From positions 1 through 24,109 of the IMG/VR virus record IMGVR_UViG_3300025635_000150: DNA of 24,109 nucleotides. One strand, written 5' to 3'. Below the pieces are notes generated by a model. That model searched no databases. It saw only the letters and a program-made list of their open reading frames with translations, and had not been told where the DNA came from. The position numbers and the translations under genes are program-made. Of the stretch, positions 16,822 through 24,109 are shown piece by piece. Origin of the DNA: a virus (lineage: Duplodnaviria; Caudoviricetes). Each line of letters begins with the position of its first letter. The stretch's first letter is position 1.

Positions 16822-17358
16822 TTACGCAAAGGCGAATTGCAGTTGGCGAATGACATCGGAGTAGTCCGTGCGGGCGCGCTGGCGCTTCCGTGCCGCGCCG
16901 TCTTCCGCCCACGCTTCCTGCCAGATCCGGCGCTTGTCCTCACGCCGTGTCACTTCCTCGCCCCTCTGCCCTTCCAAGCGACGCGCTTCAGCGCGCAGGT
17001 TGCGCACGGCCTGATAATCCGGCGGCGGGATGCGTCCGACCAAGTCTTCCTGATCTTCCGACACGGGCTGACGAATGGTGATCGTGCGTCCACCGCCCAC
17101 CCACATCTCGCTTTGCACCCACCAGTCGCGCCGCGCGGCGTCTTCGACATCGTACCCCTCGTGATACCGAAGGTCTGATTTCGGCTTCGCCGCGTCCGCA
17201 TAGACCGCCTGCCGCTGTCGTTCGAAGTGTGTCCGCTTCCGCGCTTCCGTCTGCGCCGCGACCGCCTGAAATGCCGTCGCGCCCTGCTCCGGGTCAATCC
17301 CGCGTTCCGCCGCCAGTTCGCGCCAGCGGGCTTTGAATGCCTCGTAGTTGAATGCCAA
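16822..17358 (-). CDS. Hypothetical Arg/Glu-rich protein between terL and portal
   Basis: 178 aa, RBS AAGGAG directly after the terL stop. No recognised motif. Confidence 0.7.
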   Translation of the reverse strand: MAFNYEAFKARWRELAAERGIDPEQGATAFQAVAAQTEARKRTHFERQRQAVYADAAKPKSDLRYHEGYDVEDAARRDWWVQSEMWVGGGRTITIRQPVSEDQEDLVGRIPPPDYQAVRNLRAEARRLEGQRGEEVTRREDKRRIWQEAWAEDGAARKRQRARTDYSDVIRQLQFAFA

Positions 17359-17371
17359 GAGTTACTCCTTT

Positions 17372-18898
17372 CTACCAGAATTCCGCTTTGTCCCAGACCT
17401 GCCCGACAATCGTGCCCCACCATGCGAGCACAATCGCATCCCCATAGTCCGGCGAGAACCCCGTGCGCTTGATGATGTCTTCTTTCGGTTCCACCGCGAT
17501 CTTGCCTCCGGAGAGCTTGTAGCGCGGCGCACACAAATCCACGCGGATGCGCCGGTCATCGGGGAGCGCGATGTTTTCGCCACTCGCTGGATCAAGCGCC
17601 TCGCGCAGCTTCCAATAGCTTTCGGCGCGCAGGTTCGTGAATTCGTAGCGCCCGCTCTTATCCTTGCCCTTCGCCGCCGCCGCATTGTTGATCGGCGATA
17701 CATTCACGTTCGGTATCACCTTCAAGTGGTCATAAGCAGATGCGCCATAGCCGATCACGTCGATCATGATGGGCGTGCTATCGGTGACGACAGCGAGCAC
17801 GTTCCGCGCGACCGTGGGGCCGTCCGGCGTCGCTGTGCCAGGATAGACAATCGGCTTGTCGAAGTACGTGCCATACAGCGACTGGATCACGGTGCTGTCC
17901 TTGCCACCGCGGGCCACATCAACGCCGCAGGAACGCATCTTCACGTCCGGGCGCTGCATGTTCCGCCACCGTTCCTGCGCCTGCAGTACCCATGCCGTCG
18001 GCACGACCTGCCACGGGTCATCTTCCAAACCGATTGTGAAGTCGCCGTAGCGCAGCTGCGACCGGAGTGGTTCGGGCAGATTGTCTAATTGGCGGTAGTA
18101 GTCCTCGCCCTGAAACGGATTGTCCTCGACGCGCGCGGGGATGAACGTGCGACTGAGCGGATAGATGAGTTCACCCTTGTGCTCATACGGCGAACTGCTC
18201 GGCACTTCTACATCCGCGTCATTGATGCGCACAAACCAGCGCAGTTCGCCGGGTTTGGCCGGATTCGGGTGCTTGGGATCAATCCACGGCGCGAAGTAGC
18301 GGACGATCCATTCGCCGTTCGCATCCGTCGGCGGGTTGAAGGTGAGCACGATGCGCGTGCGCTGTCCCGGCTCCGTGGTACGCAGCCACCCCGCGACGAA
18401 CCGGAACGCGCTCTCGCTGAAGTCGGCGGCTTCGTCAATCGCAATCAGGTCGTGCGGACGTCCGCGATACTTCTTCTTGTCTTTGTCCTGCTGGATCGCG
18501 CCGACTTCGATCAGGCGGCCGTCCGGCGTTTCCCAGCGGCGTTTGATGCCCCACACAAACGAGCAGCGGCTGTCCTGAATCTCGTTCCCGCGATCCACCA
18601 GCGCGCCGAGGTCGGTATAGTTCTGGCGGAAAATAATCGACCGCTTGTGCCGCGTCATCGACAGTCCGAGCACCAGATCGCTCTTGCCGCCGCCCGCCGC
18701 CCCACCGTAGCCGAGCACATCCGCCGGGCTGTCATACGCCTGCGACTGCGGCGATGCAGCAATCGGCGACCAGATCGCGCCGCCCGTTAAGCCGCGCGAG
18801 ATCGCCTTTGCCCGTTCGAACTTAGACTTCCACGCCAGCCGCTCTAAAGAGTTCCGCTGCAAGAGACTCGTCCTTAAATGCCTCGACCACCGCTTCAT
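17372..18898 (-). CDS. terL: Terminase large subunit
   Basis: Walker A YGGAAGGGKS, Walker B LIAIDE, motif III LTFNP, FIPAR..DNP, nuclease GVDVARGGKD and SPDYGDA. Exact start uncertain (overlaps terS). Confidence 0.95.
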   Translation of the reverse strand: MKRWSRHLRTSLLQRNSLERLAWKSKFERAKAISRGLTGGAIWSPIAASPQSQAYDSPADVLGYGGAAGGGKSDLVLGLSMTRHKRSIIFRQNYTDLGALVDRGNEIQDSRCSFVWGIKRRWETPDGRLIEVGAIQQDKDKKKYRGRPHDLIAIDEAADFSESAFRFVAGWLRTTEPGQRTRIVLTFNPPTDANGEWIVRYFAPWIDPKHPNPAKPGELRWFVRINDADVEVPSSSPYEHKGELIYPLSRTFIPARVEDNPFQGEDYYRQLDNLPEPLRSQLRYGDFTIGLEDDPWQVVPTAWVLQAQERWRNMQRPDVKMRSCGVDVARGGKDSTVIQSLYGTYFDKPIVYPGTATPDGPTVARNVLAVVTDSTPIMIDVIGYGASAYDHLKVIPNVNVSPINNAAAAKGKDKSGRYEFTNLRAESYWKLREALDPASGENIALPDDRRIRVDLCAPRYKLSGGKIAVEPKEDIIKRTGFSPDYGDAIVLAWWGTIVGQVWDKAEFW

Positions 18899-19697
18899 AC
18901 GCCAGTTCGCCGCGCTTGATCGCTTCGATCACTTCCACGCGCGGGTCTTCCACTTGCACTCGATCCACAAACAGCTTGTGATAGCGCCCGATCAGTTGCA
19001 GCGCTTCGGCCTTGCTGTACAGTTCAAGCTTCGTCACTTCCACCAACCGCGGGTTGTCCGGGTCGGTAGGATCATGCGTCACGTCGATCCGTGTCTCGAT
19101 TTTCTTGATGAGATGCCCTTGGTTATGCGCCTTGAGTTCCTTGTACGACTTGCCGATGAATTCGCGCATGTCGCCGTGCGCAATCTCCGTCAGGCGGTAC
19201 AGCACTTCCGCCGCGCCCATTGAGAGATCGCGCGTCAACTGATCGATGTAGGCGCGGATCTCTGGTTTTCTCAAGTTTTCGGAGGCAATCGCGGCGAGGA
19301 TATTGTACTTGTCCGAGTTGTACCCAGCTGCGGCTGCGGCCCGCACGCCATTCCCGCCGTTCATCACATAGGTTTCGGCGAACAGTTTCTGTTTGAGTGT
19401 CAGTCCCAGCGCCGCGTCGAGTGGGTCATCGCCGACGATCCTCCGCCGCGCTTCCGCCTCATCCCACGCGCGCACGCGGCTCACCCATTCGTGACCGCTT
19501 GACCATTCTTCGAGCTGGCGCATATACCCCGGTCGTCGTCCGAGTTCAACCCGCGCCCTATCGAGTGTCCGCCCCTCCCCCATGTTCCGATAGCACAGAA
19601 AGGCCTTCCATGCCTGATCGGATTCGTTGGAGCGGCGATCAAAGGCGTTGAGCGGCGGCGTACTGCGTGGTTTCGCCTTGCTCTTGGCTTTGCTCAT
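18822..19697 (-). CDS. terS: Terminase small subunit with extra N-terminal helical domain
   Basis: Likely start ATG 19697 (RBS GGAGG), 291 aa. LTLKQKLFAETY...NG..AA..AGY...ASENL.KP.I..YI and K.EL..K..AL.L.G motifs of the Terminase_2 type. Directly upstream of terL. Confidence 0.88.
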   Translation of the reverse strand: MSKAKSKAKPRSTPPLNAFDRRSNESDQAWKAFLCYRNMGEGRTLDRARVELGRRPGYMRQLEEWSSGHEWVSRVRAWDEAEARRRIVGDDPLDAALGLTLKQKLFAETYVMNGGNGVRAAAAAGYNSDKYNILAAIASENLRKPEIRAYIDQLTRDLSMGAAEVLYRLTEIAHGDMREFIGKSYKELKAHNQGHLIKKIETRIDVTHDPTDPDNPRLVEVTKLELYSKAEALQLIGRYHKLFVDRVQVEDPRVEVIEAIKRGELAYEAVVEAFKDESLAAELFRAAGVEV

Positions 19698-19717
19698 CCC
19701 TCCCCCTTTCCACTTCC

Positions 19718-19731
19718 TAAACACCTGTTCG
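19718..19731 (-). promoter_or_regulatory. Candidate LexA (GAAC-N4-GTTY) SOS box
   Basis: Minus strand CGAACAGGTGTTTA matches the Gram-positive consensus CGAACRNRYGTTYC at 13 of 14 positions, 6 bp downstream of an extended -10. Confidence 0.5.
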
Positions 19732-19737
19732 CTTTCC

Positions 19738-19746
19738 ACTATAGCA
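19738..19746 (-). promoter_or_regulatory. Extended -10 promoter element for the terS operon
   Basis: TGcTATAGT in the AT-rich divergent intergenic region. Confidence 0.5.
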
Positions 19747-19809
19747 CAACAATTGAGAAAGTGTTGAGGATCGGCGCGGATTGGCAAGGGTGTTACATGC
19801 TATTAGCAT

Positions 19810-19837
19810 TTGACTCTCAGCTAAATAGCAGTACACT
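19810..19837 (+). promoter_or_regulatory. Sigma70-like promoter of the plus-strand cassette
   Basis: TTGACT (19810-19815)-16 bp-TACACT (19832-19837), followed by RBS AAGGAGGT at 19862-19869. Confidence 0.6.
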
Positions 19838-19873
19838 AGTGGTATTGAATACATACGCAGCAAGGAGGTCAGC

Positions 19874-20053
19874 TTGAAAGACAATAAGCGGACAATCGGT
19901 TGGACGACTGTCCACGAGGACGCGCTGCAAGCGGTCTACCAGCAGATGCGCGAAGCGGGTATCCCCTGCGAACGCGCGGGCAAGCCGAACGTGACCGTGA
20001 TCCTTCAGTACGCATTGGAGCAGACGGCGAAGGCCGGGAAGCAGGCGAAGTGA
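19874..20053 (+). CDS. Small ribbon-helix-helix-like regulator (59 aa; absent from ORF track)
   Basis: AAGGAGGT RBS, TTG start, MKDNKRTIGWTTVHEDALQAVYQQMREAGIPCERAGKPNVTVILQYALEQTAKAGKQAK. Its TGA overlaps the GTG of the HNH gene. The fold call is from the strand-helix-helix pattern only. Confidence 0.65.
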   Translation: MKDNKRTIGWTTVHEDALQAVYQQMREAGIPCERAGKPNVTVILQYALEQTAKAGKQAK

Positions 20054-20589
20054 GCGACCAGACGGCGACGGTTGAATGGCGCGACATCCCCGGCTATGAA
20101 GGGCTGTATCAGGTGAGCAATGATGGGCAGGTGAAGCGACTCGGCGGCACAGCGAAGTGCAAGCAGGATCGACTGCTTAAACTGGCATACAACAAAGGAT
20201 ATGCGCAAGTCGCTCTGTGCAGAGACGGGAAGGCGGTAACGAAGCAGGTTCATACACTCGTCACACTAGTCTTTTTGGGTGATCCGGGTGATCTCTGGTG
20301 CAATCATAAGAATGGGATCAAGTCGGATAATCGCCTTGAGAACCTTGAATACGTGACACCCGGCGAAAACACCAAGCACGCTTATGACACAGGGCTACAC
20401 CCAAAGGTCTACGGCGAAAAGCACTGGACGCGCAAACTCACTGATGAACAGGCAAATATCATCCAACTTGCATCTTCCCTCGTGCTTGAGGAAGTTGGCG
20501 GGCGCAAGGGGTTAGCGAAATACTTCGGCGTATCGCTCACAACGATTCAGGCGATCATTACTGGTAAAGGAGGATACGGGGATGAATAA
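20050..20589 (+). CDS. NUMOD4-HNH homing endonuclease with C-terminal HTH
   Basis: Likely GTG start at 20050 (179 aa). EWRDIPGYEGLYQVSNDGQVK (NUMOD4), VH.LV...F.G...NHKNGIKSDNRLENLEYVT..EN..H (HNH), KLT...LAKYFGVSLTTI..I..GK (HTH). Confidence 0.92.
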   Translation: MSDQTATVEWRDIPGYEGLYQVSNDGQVKRLGGTAKCKQDRLLKLAYNKGYAQVALCRDGKAVTKQVHTLVTLVFLGDPGDLWCNHKNGIKSDNRLENLEYVTPGENTKHAYDTGLHPKVYGEKHWTRKLTDEQANIIQLASSLVLEEVGGRKGLAKYFGVSLTTIQAIITGKGGYGDE

Positions 20590-22783
20590 GACCGCAATAT
20601 CTTGGACGGACTTCAGCTTAAATCCGGTTCGTTTTCGTGCCACTGAAACGGGCAAGGTCGGCTGGTATTGTCAAAAGGTGAGCAGTGGTTGTACTCACTG
20701 CTATGCGGAAACGCTCAACAACCGCTTCGGTGCGATGGTGCGTTATGACGTGCCGAGCGCGGCAATGGGTGAGTTTTTCCTCGACATGAAAATGCTCGGC
20801 AAGCTGTACAAGGAAAAGAAGTCGTCGCGCTGTTTTATTTTTGACATGACCGATCTGTTCCTTGATCTCATTCCCGACTGGATGATCGCCGTCTGCTTCT
20901 ACGCCTTCCTCGATAACCCGCACCACACGATCCAGCTTTTGACCAAGCGCCCCGAACGTGCCGTCGATTGGCATGAACGGTTTATCGCCGCGCAGCAGAC
21001 CGACGAATTCAAGGCGCTCGCGCATGAGCATCAGGCGACGTGGGGTAAGCGGCAGTTCACCGATCCGTGGGGCGCGAATATCTGGATGGGAACGAGCGTC
21101 GAATCAGGCGCGACCACGCACCGCATTGAAACGCTTCGCCGCGTTCCTGCGCAGACGCGCTACATCAGCGCCGAACCACTCTTAGGTGCGTGGGGCGCGG
21201 TCGATCTCTCTGGGGTGCATCAAGTCATCATCGGCGGCGAGTCTGGCGCTCACATGTGGACGACGAACGCCGCAGGTCAGCGTGTGCGGAACGAAGCGCG
21301 CTGGATGAAAATGGAATGGGCGCTCGGCATCAAGAACCAGTGCGTCGATCAGGGAACCGCTGTGTTTTTCAAGCAGCAATCGGGCATTCGTACCGAGATG
21401 GACACCTACATGGTCGAAGCGGATGGCAGTCGCTGGAAGTGGGAACAGTACCCCAACGACCTCATCCCGCCGCGGGAACTGGTCAACTTGCCGTCACCGT
21501 TCGAATCCTTCAGCCCATTCGCCATTGAGCAGAACGCGGCAGGGACGGACTTCGATCAGCGCTTACAACTGGCGCAGGCATGGGAGGCGCGCGCCTATCA
21601 GCTTGAAGGCTTCCGCGCCGAGAACGCGGCCATCGCTGCGGCGTGGTGGTACAAGGCGTTGGAGGAGTTTCGCCCTGCCCTGCCCATCACTCCCGACCCC
21701 CGCACCACCGACTGGCTCGAAGCCGAACGCGCTGGCAGTGACGAACGGATCGCCGACCTAATCGCCGATCTGCCGGCAGTGGTCGACGTGACGCCACTCA
21801 CCACGAAGCCGAGCCCCGAACCGGACTATGCCGACCCCTACGACCTGCCGACGAACAGCAAGGTCATCAGCTTATGGCAGCCGTGGGCCACGCTCATGCT
21901 GATCGGCGCGAAGCAGATCGAAACGCGCTCCTGGCAAACCCCATTCAAAGGGACGCTCGTTATCCATGCGGCGAAGAAGTGGGACAGGGACTTGCAGCAG
22001 ATCGCGAACAGCGAACCGTTCGCCTCGGTGCTGCGGGGCCATGGCTATGACCCGAACGCCCTACCGCTCGGCGCCGCCCTCGGCGCGGTCATTCTGGATC
22101 GCTGCGTGTCGGTGGATCAGCTGAGCACGATCAGCGAACAGGAACGCGCCTTCGGCGATTACTCCGCCGGGCGTTTCGGTTGGCTGACCAGCCGCCCGCG
22201 TCCGTTCCGTGAACCGCTGCCCGTCGCCGGGGAGCAGGGTTTGCGCGACTGGTCGAGTTACCTCGCGAAGATCGGGAAGCCCGTCCCCTTTGACAGCATC
22301 ACCGCGCCGGAAGAACCGGATGTGTTGCCGACCACCGTCGCGAACTTCAACCATGTGTACCAACACTGGAACAAGACGACGCGCCAGTGGGACGATCCGC
22401 GCTACGTCTACATCGGGCGCTTCATGCCATCGTTCAATCTGGCGTCCAGCGTGTTTGCCAATCCGTTCAAGATTGCGAAGGACACACCGGAGAACCGTGC
22501 GGCGGCGATTGAGCAGTACCGGACGTGGCTGAAAGGCAAGCTGGCTGATCCGCAGGAAGGCGAAGCGTACCGGACGGCACTGGAAGGACTGCGGGGGAAG
22601 ACTCTTGTGTGCTGGTGTTCTGACCCCGATCCGGCGAAATCAAAGGCGTGTCACGGCGACGTGTTACGCGAACTGTTGGGGGAAACGGTCGAGCACACCG
22701 AACCGCCCCAACCCGAGCAACCGCCCACGCAGATGAGTTTGTTCGGCGATGAGCCTGTGAAGAAAACGAAGGTCTACGCCTAA
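20582..22783 (+). CDS. DUF5131 (Gp37/Gp68, three-Cys radical-SAM-like) - ASCH - DUF4326 fusion protein
   Basis: aa1-291: ISWTD...NP, C30-x6-C37-x2-C40-YA, DM.DLF, QLLTKRP, NIWMGTSVE, ISAEPLL, VIIGGESG, FFKQ. aa427-557: ISLWQPWA...GAKQIETRSW...IHAA (ASCH GxKxxExR). aa584-700: VYIGR...ANPF...L.GK.L.CWC...CHGDVL. QMSLF at aa717-721. Confidence 0.88.
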   Translation: MNKTAISWTDFSLNPVRFRATETGKVGWYCQKVSSGCTHCYAETLNNRFGAMVRYDVPSAAMGEFFLDMKMLGKLYKEKKSSRCFIFDMTDLFLDLIPDWMIAVCFYAFLDNPHHTIQLLTKRPERAVDWHERFIAAQQTDEFKALAHEHQATWGKRQFTDPWGANIWMGTSVESGATTHRIETLRRVPAQTRYISAEPLLGAWGAVDLSGVHQVIIGGESGAHMWTTNAAGQRVRNEARWMKMEWALGIKNQCVDQGTAVFFKQQSGIRTEMDTYMVEADGSRWKWEQYPNDLIPPRELVNLPSPFESFSPFAIEQNAAGTDFDQRLQLAQAWEARAYQLEGFRAENAAIAAAWWYKALEEFRPALPITPDPRTTDWLEAERAGSDERIADLIADLPAVVDVTPLTTKPSPEPDYADPYDLPTNSKVISLWQPWATLMLIGAKQIETRSWQTPFKGTLVIHAAKKWDRDLQQIANSEPFASVLRGHGYDPNALPLGAALGAVILDRCVSVDQLSTISEQERAFGDYSAGRFGWLTSRPRPFREPLPVAGEQGLRDWSSYLAKIGKPVPFDSITAPEEPDVLPTTVANFNHVYQHWNKTTRQWDDPRYVYIGRFMPSFNLASSVFANPFKIAKDTPENRAAAIEQYRTWLKGKLADPQEGEAYRTALEGLRGKTLVCWCSDPDPAKSKACHGDVLRELLGETVEHTEPPQPEQPPTQMSLFGDEPVKKTKVYA

Positions 22784-22796
22784 AAGGAGGTGTTCG

Positions 22797-23183
22797 GTGG
22801 AACACCAGTACATCACAACGTTTGAAGACCTGTGGAAGTGCATCGGCGCGATCTGCGAACTTCAGTACACCTATCGCAACCACGGGGAAGGATCTGGTTA
22901 CCTGACTGCGGAGGAGATGGCCAAGCGGACTCGCGAATATGGCCTGAATCCATCGAGCGTCGAACAACGCATCAATTTGACCATGCGCGGTCGCCTCGGC
23001 ATCTCTTTCGATGGAGTTGATGCCAGTCCGATCTTTCGGTTTAATAGCCCGCTGATTTATGCGAATGGCGTCTGGACGGGCAAGTATGAAGGCGAACCGG
23101 AGACGATCCGCGAGGTGGAACAACTCATCGCCGCGAAGCTGTACGTCGTTGAGAAGCCCTACGCGGACATGGATTTTCTATGA
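22797..23183 (+). CDS. Hypothetical protein
   Basis: 128 aa, GTG start with RBS AAGGAGGTG, last gene before the terminator. Confidence 0.75.
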   Translation: MEHQYITTFEDLWKCIGAICELQYTYRNHGEGSGYLTAEEMAKRTREYGLNPSSVEQRINLTMRGRLGISFDGVDASPIFRFNSPLIYANGVWTGKYEGEPETIREVEQLIAAKLYVVEKPYADMDFL

Positions 23184-23211
23184 CCGGCGCCGAACGCGGC
23201 GAGTAATCGGC

Positions 23212-23239
23212 AGGGACGCGGTTGGTCGCGTCCCTTTTT
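23212..23239 (+). terminator. Intrinsic terminator ending the plus-strand cassette
   Basis: AGGGACGCG-gttggt-CGCGTCCCT-TTTT, abutting the stop codon of the convergent gene. Confidence 0.8.
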
Positions 23240-23868
23240 CATTCCCGTTCCAGTTCGGCGAGGAAGTGCAGCAGGTAGCTTTTCTTTCCAGTGTAATGCC
23301 AACCGTACCGCTTGACCGTGTATCCAGCCTGTCGCACGATGTCCGCGAGCATCAGCCCGCCGATCTCCCCGTACTGCCCGTAGATCGCGTCATTCCCGAA
23401 TTGCTGCACATACGGTTCGAGCACCTTGATCGACCACGCTGCGCCCATGCTCAACGCCTGCCGCATGCCATCGTTCACGACCACAATCATCCGGTCGGCG
23501 AAGCGGCGTTCGCTTGAGAACAGGGCTTGCAGTGTTGACCAGCTTCCGCCATAGGGATCACAATCGAACAGGTCAAACGCCAGATCTCCCGCGATGCCTT
23601 CGGCGAGGGCGTTCTCACAATCGGCCTCATACACCCGCCATGACGGGCGCTGCAGCGCGAGGCGTTCGCATTTCACCGCGTCCTTCTCAAAGACCACGCC
23701 GACGGGCAGGTGTTCATAGCAGCGGTCGAATAAGACCCCATTCCCGCCATGCGATTCGAGCACCACCGGACGAGAAATGCCAAGGGCTTCCAAATCGGCG
23801 AGGGCGCGCTTCCTGAGCGCCACCTTTTCCCGCACACTGCTGTTATCTTTCGGCTTGGTTTTTGCCAT
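23239..23868 (-). CDS. Class I SAM-dependent methyltransferase-like protein (three-Cys-motif partner/Trm1-like DPYG motif)
   Basis: Likely start ATG 23868 (RBS GGGGTG), 209 aa. Motif I VLESHGGNG, acidic motif II VFEKD, YEADC, and FDLFDCDPYG. Confidence 0.75.
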   Translation of the reverse strand: MAKTKPKDNSSVREKVALRKRALADLEALGISRPVVLESHGGNGVLFDRCYEHLPVGVVFEKDAVKCERLALQRPSWRVYEADCENALAEGIAGDLAFDLFDCDPYGGSWSTLQALFSSERRFADRMIVVVNDGMRQALSMGAAWSIKVLEPYVQQFGNDAIYGQYGEIGGLMLADIVRQAGYTVKRYGWHYTGKKSYLLHFLAELERE

Positions 23869-23985
23869 CTGCAAGCACCCCTGTTTATGCCCCAAAAACG
23901 GCCATTAATGGATTGAGCGCACTAGGAGAGCATCGGCGCAGATTGACGCGAAATCGCTCGATAAAGCTAGGCAAGGCCGTTGGGT

Positions 23986-24108
23986 CTAGCGGATGGTCAG
24001 GCGGATGAAGCCTTTGGCGATCAGGTATCCGACCCGGCGGCGCTGCGTCGGGTTGGCGTGCGGCTGCCACATGAACCGTGCGCGATCCACCTCCGAACGA
24101 TGGAAGTG
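23986..24108 (-). CDS. 3' end of an upstream gene, truncated by window edge
   Basis: Frame ...HFHRSEVDRARFMWQPHANPTQRRRVGYLIAKGFIRLTIR* is open to the edge with mostly G/C-ending codons. Confidence 0.45.
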   Translation of the reverse strand, partial: HFHRSEVDRARFMWQPHANPTQRRRVGYLIAKGFIRLTIR

Positions 24109-24109
24109 C

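Noticed and set aside
19698-19787. Upstream extension of terS in the ORF track
   Set aside because: It overlaps promoter elements, and a GGAGG RBS precedes ATG 19697.
19900-20049. N-terminal 50 codons of the listed 229-aa HNH ORF
   Set aside because: The region is better explained by the 59-aa ORF with a perfect RBS; the NUMOD4 motif begins just after GTG 20050.
22467-23123. 218-aa minus-strand ORF
   Set aside because: Antisense to the DUF4326 domain and to the 128-aa gene, both better supported.
23885-24070. Listed 61-aa minus-strand ORF
   Set aside because: Pro/Arg-rich with poor codon pattern; the alternative frame ending at 23986 looks more protein-like.
1-24109. tRNA/rRNA, CRISPR array, integrase/att site, DGR, intron or intein
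   Set aside because: None recognised by eye; terL and portal lack intein motifs. Short ncRNAs could be missed without a covariance search.

Overview
The window is a segment of a GC-rich tailed (siphovirus-like, HK97-fold) phage or prophage. Bases ~1-19700 form a minus-strand packaging and morphogenesis operon: terS, terL, an orphan gene, a 1138-aa portal polyprotein, a neck gene, a membrane moron, a fused prohead protease/major capsid gene, two paralogous decoration-like proteins, a head-tail adaptor, tail terminator, major tail protein, a tail chaperone pair, tape measure, a Dit-like protein and a truncated tail-tip gene. Bases ~19790-23240 are a self-contained plus-strand cassette: promoter, an unannotated 59-aa ribbon-helix-helix-like ORF, a NUMOD4-HNH endonuclease, a DUF5131-ASCH-DUF4326 fusion ending in a beta-clamp motif, an orphan gene and a terminator. 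It converges on a minus-strand SAM-dependent methyltransferase resembling three-Cys-motif partner proteins. Two things stand out. (1) The portal is fused to an intact 2H phosphoesterase, a catalytically dead 2H copy and a MuF-like domain, a candidate virion-delivered anti-defence or RNA-repair enzyme. (2) The radical-SAM-like/ASCH/DUF4326/clamp-binding protein plus the methyltransferase beside the terminase is a candidate undescribed replication-coupled DNA modification system. All family calls come from reading motifs by eye; no database search was run.
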